A DNA stretch of 64,000 nt from Oceanispirochaeta sp. GTDB lineage: Bacteria > Spirochaetota > Spirochaetia > DSM-2461. Under the pieces are notes generated by a model. That model saw only the letters and a list, made by a program, of their open reading frames with translations. It was not told where the DNA came from and did not search any database. Where the stretch lies: positions 864,001-928,000 of the forward strand of contig CAXXXD010000003.1 in the NCBI GenBank assembly GCA_963663385.2, in the 5' to 3' direction. Positions 49,905 through 59,806 of the stretch are shown piece after piece; position 1 is the stretch's first letter; each line of letters starts with the position of its first letter. The translations under genes were made by a program, and so were the position numbers.

Positions 49905-50699
49905 TTAAGTTTCAGATGATTTCCTGAGAAGACAGAAATAAAGCGGACCCCATCCATCCTTATCGGGAAGGATAAGCTTGCCGAAATCCGTATCCTCTCC
50001 TTCTGATACATCAGGGGGGATCACATCAAATAAACCTTTTCTTTTTTTCAGCATCTTACGGATGATACCGTCATTTTCCAGAGGCGACAGGGAACAGGTG
50101 CTGTAGAGCAGAAAGGCTCCGGGTTTTAAAATATCCAGGGCTGAAACCGCCAGGCTGTACTGCCTTACTGCCAGGTTTTTACTCCGGGCGGGAGACCACT
50201 TTCTCAGGTGTTCCGGCGAGTGGAGAAGGTGCCTTTCCGAGGAACAGGGCGCATCCAGCAGAACCGCATCAAAGACTTCCTTCTCGAAGAGACACCATCT
50301 GCTTCCGTCAAATCCTGTAACCTCTATGGAATCCATCCATTCTTCAGGCAGATGATCCTGCAGAACGGTCCTTAATCTGTTTCTCCTTGCCGGAGAGAGT
50401 TCATTACAGTTCAGGTTTCCGGTTCCTTTAAGCGCTGAAGCCAGTATAAGGGATTTTCCCCCGGGAGCGGCGCACATATCCAGAACTTTCATACCCGGTT
50501 TTACAGGCAGGGCTCCGGCTGCTACCCATGAGGCTCTGTCAAGGTAGTAGGTGGATTTCTCCTGATCAATCTGAAGTTCCATATGCTTCACATCCAGAAG
50601 AAGGGCACTCTTCAGACTGTCCCAGCGGTCTTTATAAATATCTCTGTAAAACTGGTCGAATTGTTCGGCACCGGGGATTCTGTTTTTTTTACTTCCCAT
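49905..50699 (-). CDS. Compact RsmB/NOP2/NSUN-family RNA m5C methyltransferase
   Basis: VLDMCAAPGGKS, LLDAPCS and YSTCS...END (both catalytic Cys present). Confidence 0.9.
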   Translation of the reverse strand: MGSKKNRIPGAEQFDQFYRDIYKDRWDSLKSALLLDVKHMELQIDQEKSTYYLDRASWVAAGALPVKPGMKVLDMCAAPGGKSLILASALKGTGNLNCNELSPARRNRLRTVLQDHLPEEWMDSIEVTGFDGSRWCLFEKEVFDAVLLDAPCSSERHLLHSPEHLRKWSPARSKNLAVRQYSLAVSALDILKPGAFLLYSTCSLSPLENDGIIRKMLKKRKGLFDVIPPDVSEGEDTDFGKLILPDKDGWGPLYFCLLRKSSET

Positions 50700-51786
50700 G
50701 GTTGGCTGTCTCCCAAAACACTTTATCGAATTTTTTAATCAGTATCTCCCAGGAATACTGTTTCATGGAGTGGCTCAGTCTTTTTCTGATACCCCTGAGA
50801 TCGGGATTTTTCATCAGGGAAAAAAAACAGTCACAGGCTTCCGGCAGATCCTTGAAGAGCAGGTCTTTGTGAAATTCGCCGGCCAGTACTTCGGGGTAGG
50901 CGAGTCTGCGGGGCAGCAGGGGGATGACTCCGTGGCTGGCCGCTTCCACAATGGAGATCCCGAAATTTTCCTGATTAGAGGTGCTGATGACAAAATCCGC
51001 CTTGCCGAGCCACTCTTCATATTCCATTATGCTCTTCGCATACCCGTAATGAATCAGTTCTTCCTCAAACTCGATTCGGGACTGCTTAAAGCATTCAGGG
51101 CTGGCGCTGTAGGACTCTCCCAGAAGGGCCAAACGGAAAGGAATCCCCCTGTTTTTCAGTATTCTCAATATTCGAAAGAAATCCTCCGGATTTTTATCAT
51201 GCTCCCAGCGATGATTCCAGATAATCAGGGGCGCCTGTCCGTTTTGTTCACACTTTAAGGATTCGTCCCAGGTTTCGGCTGTTTTACATCCGGGAGGTAT
51301 AATGGATATTTTATTCAAAATGGAGGTGAAATCTCTTTCAGGTTTACAATCGGGCAATTTTGTAATGAGTTTTTCCAGCTCAGAAAAAAAAGAGTCCCTG
51401 TTATAGGCTGAGTTGAACAGAATCCTGTCGGCGCAGAGCATATTGGTATAATCTGTCCAACCGTATTGAAAATCTCTCACTTCCCCGTCTTTTATGGGGT
51501 AGGCCAGTTGATTCTCATGTACGTAGAGTAAAACGGGAGCCTCCATACTCCGGTTAAAGGCCTTCCATTGACACAGGTCCATCAGGTTGCCCGCTACTAT
51601 CAGATCATATTTTCTGTTCTGATTCGTCATACGGCAGAATTCGATAGCTGCCCCTCTCATCCGCCACTTCCAGAAACGACCGGGCAGGGTTAATAAATCT
51701 ATATTGAATGAAGAGTTGTTAACAATTCCTTTTGCAAAATATTCATGGGAACCCCCATGGAAAGGTTCAAGAAACAGTATATCCAT
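50689..51786 (-). CDS. DUF3524 + GT-B glycosyltransferase; GTDC1/QTMAN (tRNA-queuosine mannosyltransferase) homolog
   Basis: EPFHGGSH, TLP.R.WKWR.R, HENQL.YP, RDFQYG, FNS.YN.DSF, WNHRWEHDKNP, ENFGIS.VEA and RLAYPE. Confidence 0.85.
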   Translation of the reverse strand: MDILFLEPFHGGSHEYFAKGIVNNSSFNIDLLTLPGRFWKWRMRGAAIEFCRMTNQNRKYDLIVAGNLMDLCQWKAFNRSMEAPVLLYVHENQLAYPIKDGEVRDFQYGWTDYTNMLCADRILFNSAYNRDSFFSELEKLITKLPDCKPERDFTSILNKISIIPPGCKTAETWDESLKCEQNGQAPLIIWNHRWEHDKNPEDFFRILRILKNRGIPFRLALLGESYSASPECFKQSRIEFEEELIHYGYAKSIMEYEEWLGKADFVISTSNQENFGISIVEAASHGVIPLLPRRLAYPEVLAGEFHKDLLFKDLPEACDCFFSLMKNPDLRGIRKRLSHSMKQYSWEILIKKFDKVFWETANHGK

Positions 51787-51871
51787 AACTCATCTATTTT
51801 AATCGGATTCCCTTTTTTGGGAAAGCCTGCTGTTGCTTGCCTGGAGGTTTGCTTTTCTGTAAGATAAAACA

Positions 51872-52552
51872 ATGAGCAGAACTGAGTATAAAGCAGTAAT
51901 TTTTGACCTGGACGGTACTCTGATTGATACGATCCGTGATATTGGAGAAGCCGTCAATTATGCATTGAAGCAACAGGGGATCACTCCCTTGACTACCGAA
52001 GAACATAGCAGAAATGCCGGTTGGGGACTCCGGGTGTCGCTGGAGAGGGCGCTTCCCGGAAAATCCAGAGATTTCATTGACAGGGCATTTCCGGATTTAA
52101 TGGAATATTACAGCCTGAATCCCTGTGTCTATACCCAACCTTACGATGGGATCCGGGAGTTGCTGGATACCCTTCAAAAGGAGGGGGTAAAACTCTTTGT
52201 CTATACAAATAAGGCAGAAACAATTGCAAAAAGCATTGTGAATAAACTGTTTGGGAAAAACTGTTTTACCGATGTTTTCGGTACGGTAGACAGGAGACCT
52301 CTCAAGCCCCATAAAGAGGGGATTGAATATGTAATAGGGAAAACCGGTCTGGATAAGAGGGAGATTCTCTATGTGGGGGACTCCGAGGTTGATATGGAAA
52401 CGGCTGCAGCAGGAGAGCTGGATTGTTTTGCCGTTACCTGGGGCTTCAGAACACCTGAACAACTGGCTTCCTACCCGAAAAAGGACATTGTGAATTTTCC
52501 GGATGAAATAGCAGCTTTAATCCTGAGAGATCCTATTGCGGATTCGTTGTAA
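51872..52552 (+). CDS. HAD hydrolase (phosphoglycolate phosphatase-like)
   Basis: FDLDGTL.DT, TNK, KP, YVGDSEVD and VTWGFR. Confidence 0.88.
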   Translation: MSRTEYKAVIFDLDGTLIDTIRDIGEAVNYALKQQGITPLTTEEHSRNAGWGLRVSLERALPGKSRDFIDRAFPDLMEYYSLNPCVYTQPYDGIRELLDTLQKEGVKLFVYTNKAETIAKSIVNKLFGKNCFTDVFGTVDRRPLKPHKEGIEYVIGKTGLDKREILYVGDSEVDMETAAAGELDCFAVTWGFRTPEQLASYPKKDIVNFPDEIAALILRDPIADSL

Positions 52553-52610
52553 TATTAACTATAATTTACATACTAAGCTGATAAAATAAAAAGAATAATC
52601 GGGAGAGTTT

Positions 52611-54358
52611 ATGAATACTGAAGAATTAAAACTTAAGGCGGAAAACTATCTTCAGCTGGAAAAACACGAACACTTCAGAAAAGAAGTGGCGGATCTGCTT
52701 CAAGAGGAAGACTGGGAAGATCTTAATGACAGGTTTTTTACGGATCTTTCTTTTGGAACAGGAGGTCTGCGTGGAGTCATCGGCGGCGGATTAAACCGGA
52801 TGAATCCCTATACGGTTACCAAAGCCACCCAGGGACTGGCAGAATATGTTGTTAAAAATGTTCCGGAACGGGACAGAAAGGTTGTGATTGCTTATGATTC
52901 CCGGCATTTTTCCGATCTTTTTGCCGAAATGGCAGCTCTGGTTTTTGCCGGAAACGGGATTAAAACATGGCTGTTTACCTCTCTGCGTCCTACTCCTGAA
53001 CTCTCCTATGCCGTCAGGAAACTGGGATGCGCTGCGGGTGTTATGGTAACGGCCAGTCATAACCCTGCCGAGTATAACGGGTATAAGGTGTACTGGTCTG
53101 ACGGCGGACAGATAACCGCTCCCCATGATCAGGGAATTATCAACGAGGTGAGAGCCGTAACGGATACTATTAATGTGGCGGATAAAGAGGAGGCTCTGAA
53201 GTCCGGCATGCTGACCATGATTGATAAGGAGATTGACGATTCCTACCTGGATATGGTTATTGCCGAATCCCTTCGTCCCGATATGGTAAAGGAGAAAGGG
53301 AAGGATCTTAAGGTTGTCTTTACTCCTCTTCACGGATGCGGAACCATTCCTGTTGAAACCGCTTTGAGCCGGATGGGGATAGAAGTAATTACAGTGAAGG
53401 AGCAGAGAGAGCCGGATGGCGCCTTCCCCACCGTTGCTTTCCCCAACCCCGAAATTACCCCTGCCATGAAAATGGCACTGGAGTATGCCCAACGGGAAAA
53501 AGCCGATCTGGTAATGGGTACGGATCCTGATGCCGACCGGCTGGGGATTGCCGTTCCCGAGGGAGACGGTTACACCCTGATTACGGGAAACCAGCTGGGA
53601 TGCCTTCTGGCAGACTATATATTTCACAGCAGGAAGGAACTGGCAAAATGCCTCCCAATCCGGCGTTTGTCAATACCATTGTAACAACAGATCTTCAGAT
53701 TAAGATTGCCGAGTCCTATGGAGCCGCTACCTTCAAGGTTCTGACCGGGTTTAAATACATCGGTGAAAAAATGCGGGAGTTCGAAGAGGATAACTCCTAT
53801 CAGTATATTTTCGGCGGAGAAGAAAGTTACGGTTTTCTGGTAGAACGGGATGTGCGGGACAAGGATGCCGTATCCGCAGCAACCATGGCAGCCGAAATGG
53901 CTTTATGGAATGTTGCTCAGGGGCGAACTGTTCTTGATCATCTTAATGATATCTACAAAAGATTCGGTTACTATGAAGAAACTCTGATCTCCCAGTACTT
54001 CAAGGGGCAGTCCGGACTCCAGATTATGGATAAGCTGATGAGTGATCTTAGAACGGCGCCTCCCGAAACATTGGGGGGAATTGCTGTATCGGCTATGAAG
54101 GATTATAAGGACGGTACCACACGAAACCTTAAAACCGGAGAGATGGATACCGATATTGATCTGCCATCCTCCAATGTTCTTCAGTTTGTTCTGGAAGACG
54201 GAAGCCTTGTAACAGCCCGGCCTTCCGGTACCGAGCCCAAGATCAAGTTCTATGCTTCCATCTGCGGCGCAGAAGGGCAGGAACTGGCAGAAGCAAAGAA
54301 AGATGTGGCTGCCAAGATCAAGGCGCTGGAAGCTGATATCAACATGATGATCGGCTGA
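52611..54358 (+). pseudogene. pgm: Phosphoglucomutase/phosphomannomutase split by a 1-nt frameshift near 53642
   Basis: ORF1 has FGTGGLRG, TASHNP and DPDADR; ORF2 has TIVTT, TGFKYI, EESYG and RPSGTEPKIKFY. One added G joins them. Confidence 0.85.
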
Positions 54359-54370
54359 TAATGAAACGAC

Positions 54371-54408
54371 CAGTTGTTGAGGATGCAGATCTGCGTTTTC
54401 AACAACTG
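54371..54408. terminator. Hairpin between convergent genes
   Basis: CAGTTGTTGA...TCAACAACTG inverted repeat. Confidence 0.55.
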
Positions 54409-54487
54409 GGATCTGTATTCCCTGCGGACTGGTTGATATAAATTATATGTAAAAATTATCTGTGGATTCTGCAGAAAATCGGGAAAA

Positions 54488-54778
54488 TCAATACCCGTAC
54501 CGCTTTCGACGCATCATGTCCATATCGTTCATAATATCCCTGATATGGCTTTCATCCAGGGTATTTTCATCCTTCTGGTCCTGCAGCTGCTGGATATATC
54601 GTTCTTCCATATTGTAAAGCTCATCGTTTAACTCTCCGGACCAGATATAGCGGATTATCTCATCGGGGTTATTAGAGTTTGACAGGAGCCGTTCTGTCAT
54701 TATATTGGACAGATACCATCTTACATCATCAATTTCCAGATTATATTCTTTTAACAGTTCCTGTATATTCAATTTCAA
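54488..54778 (-). CDS. Hypothetical protein
   Basis: 96-aa helical ORF, TTG start with SD AAGGAG. Confidence 0.7.
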   Translation of the reverse strand: MKLNIQELLKEYNLEIDDVRWYLSNIMTERLLSNSNNPDEIIRYIWSGELNDELYNMEERYIQQLQDQKDENTLDESHIRDIMNDMDMMRRKRYGY

Positions 54779-54859
54779 TCTCCTTGAATGAGAAAGGATT
54801 GTAGCAGAAAAATCCTCCTATCCCTATCCCTCAGGGAAAAAAACAGGTATTCTTTGCGT

Positions 54860-55312
54860 ATGAACAGGAATAGTAAAACCATAATTTACACGGACGGCGG
54901 CTGTACGGGGAATCCCGGACCCGGCGGGTGGGGTTGTGTGATTCTGGCAAATGGTGAGGAACATCACTTTTCAGGCGGAGACGAATCAACAACCAATAAC
55001 AGAATGGAAATGACGGCTGTCATCACGGCACTGAAAAAGATTAAAGAGATGAATCTTGGAAATGATGCGGAGATCTATACGGATTCCCAGTATGTCAAAA
55101 ACGGACTGACCCAGTGGATTCACGGCTGGATCCGGAACGGCTGGAAGACAGCTGCCAAAAAGCCGGTTAAAAACAGGGAACTCTGGATCGAGATGAAAGA
55201 ACTCTGTGACCAGTTCAATCTGAGCTGGCATTGGGTAAAAGGTCATTCAGGAGACAAGTACAATGAGCTCTGCGACCAGCTGGTAGAAGCAGAGAGAATG
55301 AAATTTGCCTGA
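54860..55312 (+). CDS. rnhA: Ribonuclease HI (start probably ATG 54860)
   Basis: YTDGGC.GNPGPGGW, TTNNRME, TDSQYV, KN.ELW and WVKGHSG..NE.CD. Confidence 0.95.
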   Translation: MNRNSKTIIYTDGGCTGNPGPGGWGCVILANGEEHHFSGGDESTTNNRMEMTAVITALKKIKEMNLGNDAEIYTDSQYVKNGLTQWIHGWIRNGWKTAAKKPVKNRELWIEMKELCDQFNLSWHWVKGHSGDKYNELCDQLVEAERMKFA

Positions 55313-55336
55313 AACAGACTATTCTGTCAAAATAGC

Positions 55337-55373
55337 AATCCCCGGATTCCACAGCAAACCGGGGATTTTTTTT
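55337..55373 (+). terminator. Intrinsic terminator after rnhA
   Basis: AATCCCCGG/CCGGGGATT followed by a T run. Confidence 0.75.
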
Positions 55374-55433
55374 ATGATTTTTTTTGAATTTTCTCTGACT
55401 AAATAAACATAGGAGGTGCAGGAGGGAAGCAGG

Positions 55434-56250
55434 ATGATTATTCGTTCCGACATGTTGAAAGAGGCTCTGATGCGGGTAGGGGACAGCAGCTGTTCCCATT
55501 CGGATTCTTTCTGGAAAACAGGGTATGTCTGATTTATACGATCTGACGGGTTATGCCTGGCTGAAACGGGCCCTGATGGTTGCAGCAGCCGGAGGTCATC
55601 ATCTGCTGCTGTTCGGCCCTGAGGATTATGTCAGGGATTCCGCCGCCGGCTTTCTGGAGTATCTGCTTCCGCTTCCGGAACGGGATCGTCTTATGGTTGC
55701 CCGGACCGGTCGGTCCTACCGGCTTTCGCCCCGCTCACAGGTGGTTATTACAGCAGATGCCTGCCCCTGCGGTAAACTGGGGATTCCCGATGAATACTGC
55801 GGGTGCGGCAGATATGATCTGCAGAGGTACTGGACCAATCTGGGAGGACGCCTGAAGAACCGGATCGATATGAGGATTCCCGTGGAACCTCTGTCCATCT
55901 GCAAAACCGCAGTCGGTCAACTTTCAGGATCAGCTGAATTACAGGAGAAGGTTCTTTGTGTCCGGTGTGATCAGAAGGAGCGGTACTGGAAGGAATCCTT
56001 CTGCTGTAACCGTGATATACCAGCTCTCAGACTGGAGGAATTCTGTGTTCTTTCTGATTCCCTCAAGAACTACTTCTCCCGAATAGCCGGGTATCTGAAA
56101 TTCTCCCCCAATGCTATGCATTCGGTTCTTAAGGTTTCCCGCACCATAGCGGATTTGTCCGGTCGCAGCACCATTATCCGGGAGGATCTGGAAGAGGCTT
56201 CCCTGTACAGACGATTCGGTGATCATCACTATTTCTGGTCCGGAGGATAG
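55434..56250 (+). pseudogene. Degenerate ComM/YifB (Mg-chelatase-like) paralog; possible frameshift near 55523
   Basis: KRAL.VAAAGGHHLLL.GP, CPCG..G....CGC, RIDM and LKVSRTIADL are present. Walker A is lost and the central AAA region is missing. A 32-codon upstream ORF with a good SD overlaps ATG 55525. Confidence 0.6.
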
Positions 56251-56324
56251 ATCGCCCTTTTCTGCGGTATTCCCTTCCCGGATACGCCTCATCCGCTCTT
56301 CATCCGCGTCCTGTTAATCCCTGT

Positions 56325-57077
56325 TTATACAGTGATAACTTCTATTCCCATTTTCCGGTATTGTTCCGTATGGCTGAAATCCCTGTCGGTTATCAATATG
56401 TCAACAAGGTCGGCATTGGCGAACTTTGCAAAGGCTTTGGCTTCAAACTTGCTGGAGTCGGCCAGGATGACTTTTCTTCTGGAAGCCTTCAACATGGCTT
56501 TTTTCAACCGCCCCTCGATAGCATTCTGGGTAAGAAAACACCCATCGGCCGTCATTCCGGTTGTTCCGATAAATGCCAGGTCAAACTGAAGTTGACTGAT
56601 TGAATCTTCTGCCAGGGGGCCTATAAAGGAGCCGGCGCCGGCTCTGAGATTTCCTCCAATTGCTGTAAGGGTTATTTCCCTTGATTGAGACAGCATATTG
56701 AGTACTTCCAGGCTGTTGCTTACAACCCTTAGCTGAAAAGATGCAAGTTTTTCTGCGAGAAGCATATTTGTCGCACCTGCATCGATACAGATACAATCAT
56801 CCTCTTCGATCAATTGAACTGCCGCGTCGGTTATTCTGTTTTTCTGGTCGAGGAGTGTGTTTTTCCTTGAACTGACAGGTGGTATCAGTTTTACCGATTG
56901 TGCCAGCCGTGCTCCTCCGTGATTCCTGATTACCAGGCCCGTTTCCTCCAGTCTGGTGAGGTCCTTACGGATGGTAACCTGGGAGACTCCCAATCGCTCT
57001 GTCAGGTCGGCGACACTTATCTGCCTGAAGTTCTTTAAAAGATTCAGTATCTTTTCGTGTCTGGGGTTTTGGGCCAT
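56325..57077 (-). CDS. DeoR/GlpR-family regulator
   Basis: VSQVTIRKDL..LE, R.HGGA, IDAGAT and LADSSKF. Confidence 0.92.
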   Translation of the reverse strand: MAQNPRHEKILNLLKNFRQISVADLTERLGVSQVTIRKDLTRLEETGLVIRNHGGARLAQSVKLIPPVSSRKNTLLDQKNRITDAAVQLIEEDDCICIDAGATNMLLAEKLASFQLRVVSNSLEVLNMLSQSREITLTAIGGNLRAGAGSFIGPLAEDSISQLQFDLAFIGTTGMTADGCFLTQNAIEGRLKKAMLKASRRKVILADSSKFEAKAFAKFANADLVDILITDRDFSHTEQYRKMGIEVITV

Positions 57078-57079
57078 AA

Positions 57080-58534
57080 TTAAACCTCATAGGTAGAAGA
57101 AGATACATTCCCCCCTGTTCCCGTCCAGTTTGTATGGAAGAACTCACCCCTTGCCTTATCGATTCTTTCATAGCTATGAGCTCCAAAGTAGTCTCGTTGA
57201 GCCTGAAGAAGGTTTGCCGGCAGTCTGGCAGTTCTATACCCGTCAAAAAAAGCAAGGGCTGTGGAAAGAGCAGGTACAGGAATCCCCAGTTGAACTGCTG
57301 TTGATATAACTCTTCTCAGGGCATCCTGGGCATTAACCAGAATCTCTCCAAAGTAATCATCCATTACAAGGTTTGAAAGCTCAGGGTTTTTATCATAGGC
57401 TTCCTTTATCTTTCTCAAAAATGCAGAGCGGATTATGCAGCCGCCTCTCCACATCAGAGCAATGGCGCCGTAATTCAGAACCCAGTTATTTACTTTTGCG
57501 GCTTCCCGCATCAGCATGAACCCCTGGGCGTAAGATATGATCTTTGCAAACAGAAGGGCCTGCTCAAGGTCTTTAATAAAGTCATCTCTACTGCCGGAAA
57601 ATTTCGTATCCGGGCCGGTTATTTTCCGAGACGCAGCCACTCTTTCATCTTTAAGAGCCGAAAGACAGCGGGCAAAGACAGATTCCCCGATAAGTGTAAC
57701 AGGCATACCGAGATCCAGTGCGCTTATCCCTGTCCATTTCCCAGTACCTTTCTGGCCGGCAGTATCAAGAATCTTTTCAACCAGGGGGTCCCCTTTTTCA
57801 TCCCTGAAAGCCATGATATCCCGGGATATTTCTATCAGGTAGGAATCAAGGGGGCCCTTGTTGTATTCACTGAAGACCTGATACATCTCTTCATGGCTCA
57901 TGCCTATTCCTTCATGGAGGAGCTGATAGGCTTCGCATATAAGCTGCATATCCCCATATTCAATACCGTTGTGAACCATTTTTACATAATGGCCGGCTCC
58001 ATCATTTCCAACCCAGTCACAACAGGCTTCTCCGTTTTCCGTTTTAGCGCTTATATCCTGGAAAATATTTTTAATATGAGGCCAGGCTTCCGCATTGCCT
58101 CCGGGCATCATACTGGGGCCGCGGCGGGCTCCTTCCTCTCCTCCGGAAACCCCTGTTCCAATGAAGCGGATGCCTTTCCCGGCCAGATCCTTTGTCCTTC
58201 TGTTGGAATCTGGGAAGTGGCTGTTTCCTCCGTCAATTATAATATCCCCCTGTTCAAGATACGGGAGTATGGCTTCAATAAATTTATCTACTACTTCTCC
58301 GGCTTTAACCATCAGCATTACCCTTCTGGGGCGTTTCAGCCGGGATATAAACTCTTCAATAGTTACTGTTCCGATAATTTTCGTATTTCCCCTGGCAGGT
58401 CCTTCCATAAAATCGATCATCTTTTGAGTTGTTCTGTTGTATACGGCAACTGTATAGCCGTGATCCGCCATGTTCAGCACCAGGTTCTGTCCCATTACGG
58501 CTAATCCTATTAAACCTATATCTGCTTTTGGCAT
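57080..58534 (-). CDS. gndA: 6-phosphogluconate dehydrogenase (decarboxylating)
   Basis: GLAVMG.NL, GVSGGEEGA, KMVHNGIEYGDMQ and QAQRDYFGAH. Confidence 0.97.
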   Translation of the reverse strand: MPKADIGLIGLAVMGQNLVLNMADHGYTVAVYNRTTQKMIDFMEGPARGNTKIIGTVTIEEFISRLKRPRRVMLMVKAGEVVDKFIEAILPYLEQGDIIIDGGNSHFPDSNRRTKDLAGKGIRFIGTGVSGGEEGARRGPSMMPGGNAEAWPHIKNIFQDISAKTENGEACCDWVGNDGAGHYVKMVHNGIEYGDMQLICEAYQLLHEGIGMSHEEMYQVFSEYNKGPLDSYLIEISRDIMAFRDEKGDPLVEKILDTAGQKGTGKWTGISALDLGMPVTLIGESVFARCLSALKDERVAASRKITGPDTKFSGSRDDFIKDLEQALLFAKIISYAQGFMLMREAAKVNNWVLNYGAIALMWRGGCIIRSAFLRKIKEAYDKNPELSNLVMDDYFGEILVNAQDALRRVISTAVQLGIPVPALSTALAFFDGYRTARLPANLLQAQRDYFGAHSYERIDKARGEFFHTNWTGTGGNVSSSTYEV

Positions 58535-59806
58535 TTAACTCTCCTTTGACCACAGGCCCAATGCCGGGTTCGAAATGAAATAATACTCTTCACCATTACG
58601 ATCCAGGTGAAATCCGTTATTCTTGTTTTCTATCTGAAACCGATTCATAGCTTTTGTTATATCTGCATATTGGTATCCAACGCTCTCGATTTCCTCTTTT
58701 GACAGGCGTCCCGGCGCATAGGTTATGGAAAAACGGCCATCACTTGCTCCATGGATCAAATGTGCTGCCGCGCAAAGGTTTTCTCTCAGATCTTCATTCT
58801 CCTCGACCTTTCTCATCGTTTCAGAGGTTGAAAAATAGCCGTATCTTCTGATCAGTGAATCGATCTGAGCGTCTTCTCCGAACTCCCTGAGCCCCGGGGC
58901 AAGTACAATAAGTTCTCCTCCATCCGCAATAGCCATACGGGTTCGATACACCGATTTATTCCCAAGCCAGGTACTTCTGAATTCTTTGGGGTCCAGATAA
59001 ACCACAACCCTTTTAAAGGGAGTCGCCACAGTTGTAATATTTACTTTTTTACTGAGGAGTGCGGCTTTTTCAAAACACTCGAAGCCATTCCCGATAAAAA
59101 GCCCTCTGGTGTGCAGTGTCCCCCGGCTGTCCGGGGATATTACGGTTTGGACGTACAGGATAGGAAGTTCCCCGGCAAAATTTACGGAAGCGTAGTTCAG
59201 TACTTTCCGGACCGGTGAGTCGGTATGCCCCATAATCCTTTCCTGGCCGTAAACGGCTCCCAGAAAGTGGGATTTATGGATCCCCTCGGAACCTCCGGTA
59301 CCAATAAAAATATTTTTATTATGGTTGGCAAAACCGATTACTTCATGAGGGACAACCTGTCCGATAGAAAGAATCAGGTCAAATCCGCCTTCTACAAGCA
59401 GTTTGTTTACCTGGGCCGGCCATTCGAAATCCAGTAAACCTCCGCTGACTTCCCTGATATACTCCCCGGGAACAGTCCCCAGAGTATGCAGGTCTGTCCG
59501 CCACCTGTGCGGACGGAAAAGGGTGTGGTCAATTCCCGCAAACATCTCATCCAGTTCCCTATCTTCCATCGGGTAGTGGGTTCCAAGAGCTGGAAGAATA
59601 TCTGTCAGTTTGTCTCCATAATAGTCTGCAGCAGCTTTTGTCAGTATGCCTGCTTTTGAATGGAGCCGTGTAATGTCCGGAGGGATAGCCAGAACCTTTT
59701 TTGTAGAACCGGGAGGGGAGGCTCTGTTCAGGGCTTTCTGTAATCCCAGGATCAGATCATCATCTGTAAGTGAGAGGTCTTCTCCGCCTCTTTCATAATA
59801 TAGCAT
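58535..59806 (-). CDS. LarA/DUF2088 lactate-racemase-family protein (sugar-acid epimerase-like)
   Basis: PPDITR.HS, ALGTH.PM, H.W and VVPHEV.G..NH.KN; start at 59806 after SD GAGGAG. Confidence 0.8.
   Translation of the reverse strand: MLYYERGGEDLSLTDDDLILGLQKALNRASPPGSTKKVLAIPPDITRLHSKAGILTKAAADYYGDKLTDILPALGTHYPMEDRELDEMFAGIDHTLFRPHRWRTDLHTLGTVPGEYIREVSGGLLDFEWPAQVNKLLVEGGFDLILSIGQVVPHEVIGFANHNKNIFIGTGGSEGIHKSHFLGAVYGQERIMGHTDSPVRKVLNYASVNFAGELPILYVQTVISPDSRGTLHTRGLFIGNGFECFEKAALLSKKVNITTVATPFKRVVVYLDPKEFRSTWLGNKSVYRTRMAIADGGELIVLAPGLREFGEDAQIDSLIRRYGYFSTSETMRKVEENEDLRENLCAAAHLIHGASDGRFSITYAPGRLSKEEIESVGYQYADITKAMNRFQIENKNNGFHLDRNGEEYYFISNPALGLWSKES

Noticed and set aside
53630..53690. Programmed ribosomal frameshift in pgm
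   Set aside because: There is no slippery heptamer or obvious stimulatory structure; a single-base deletion explains it.
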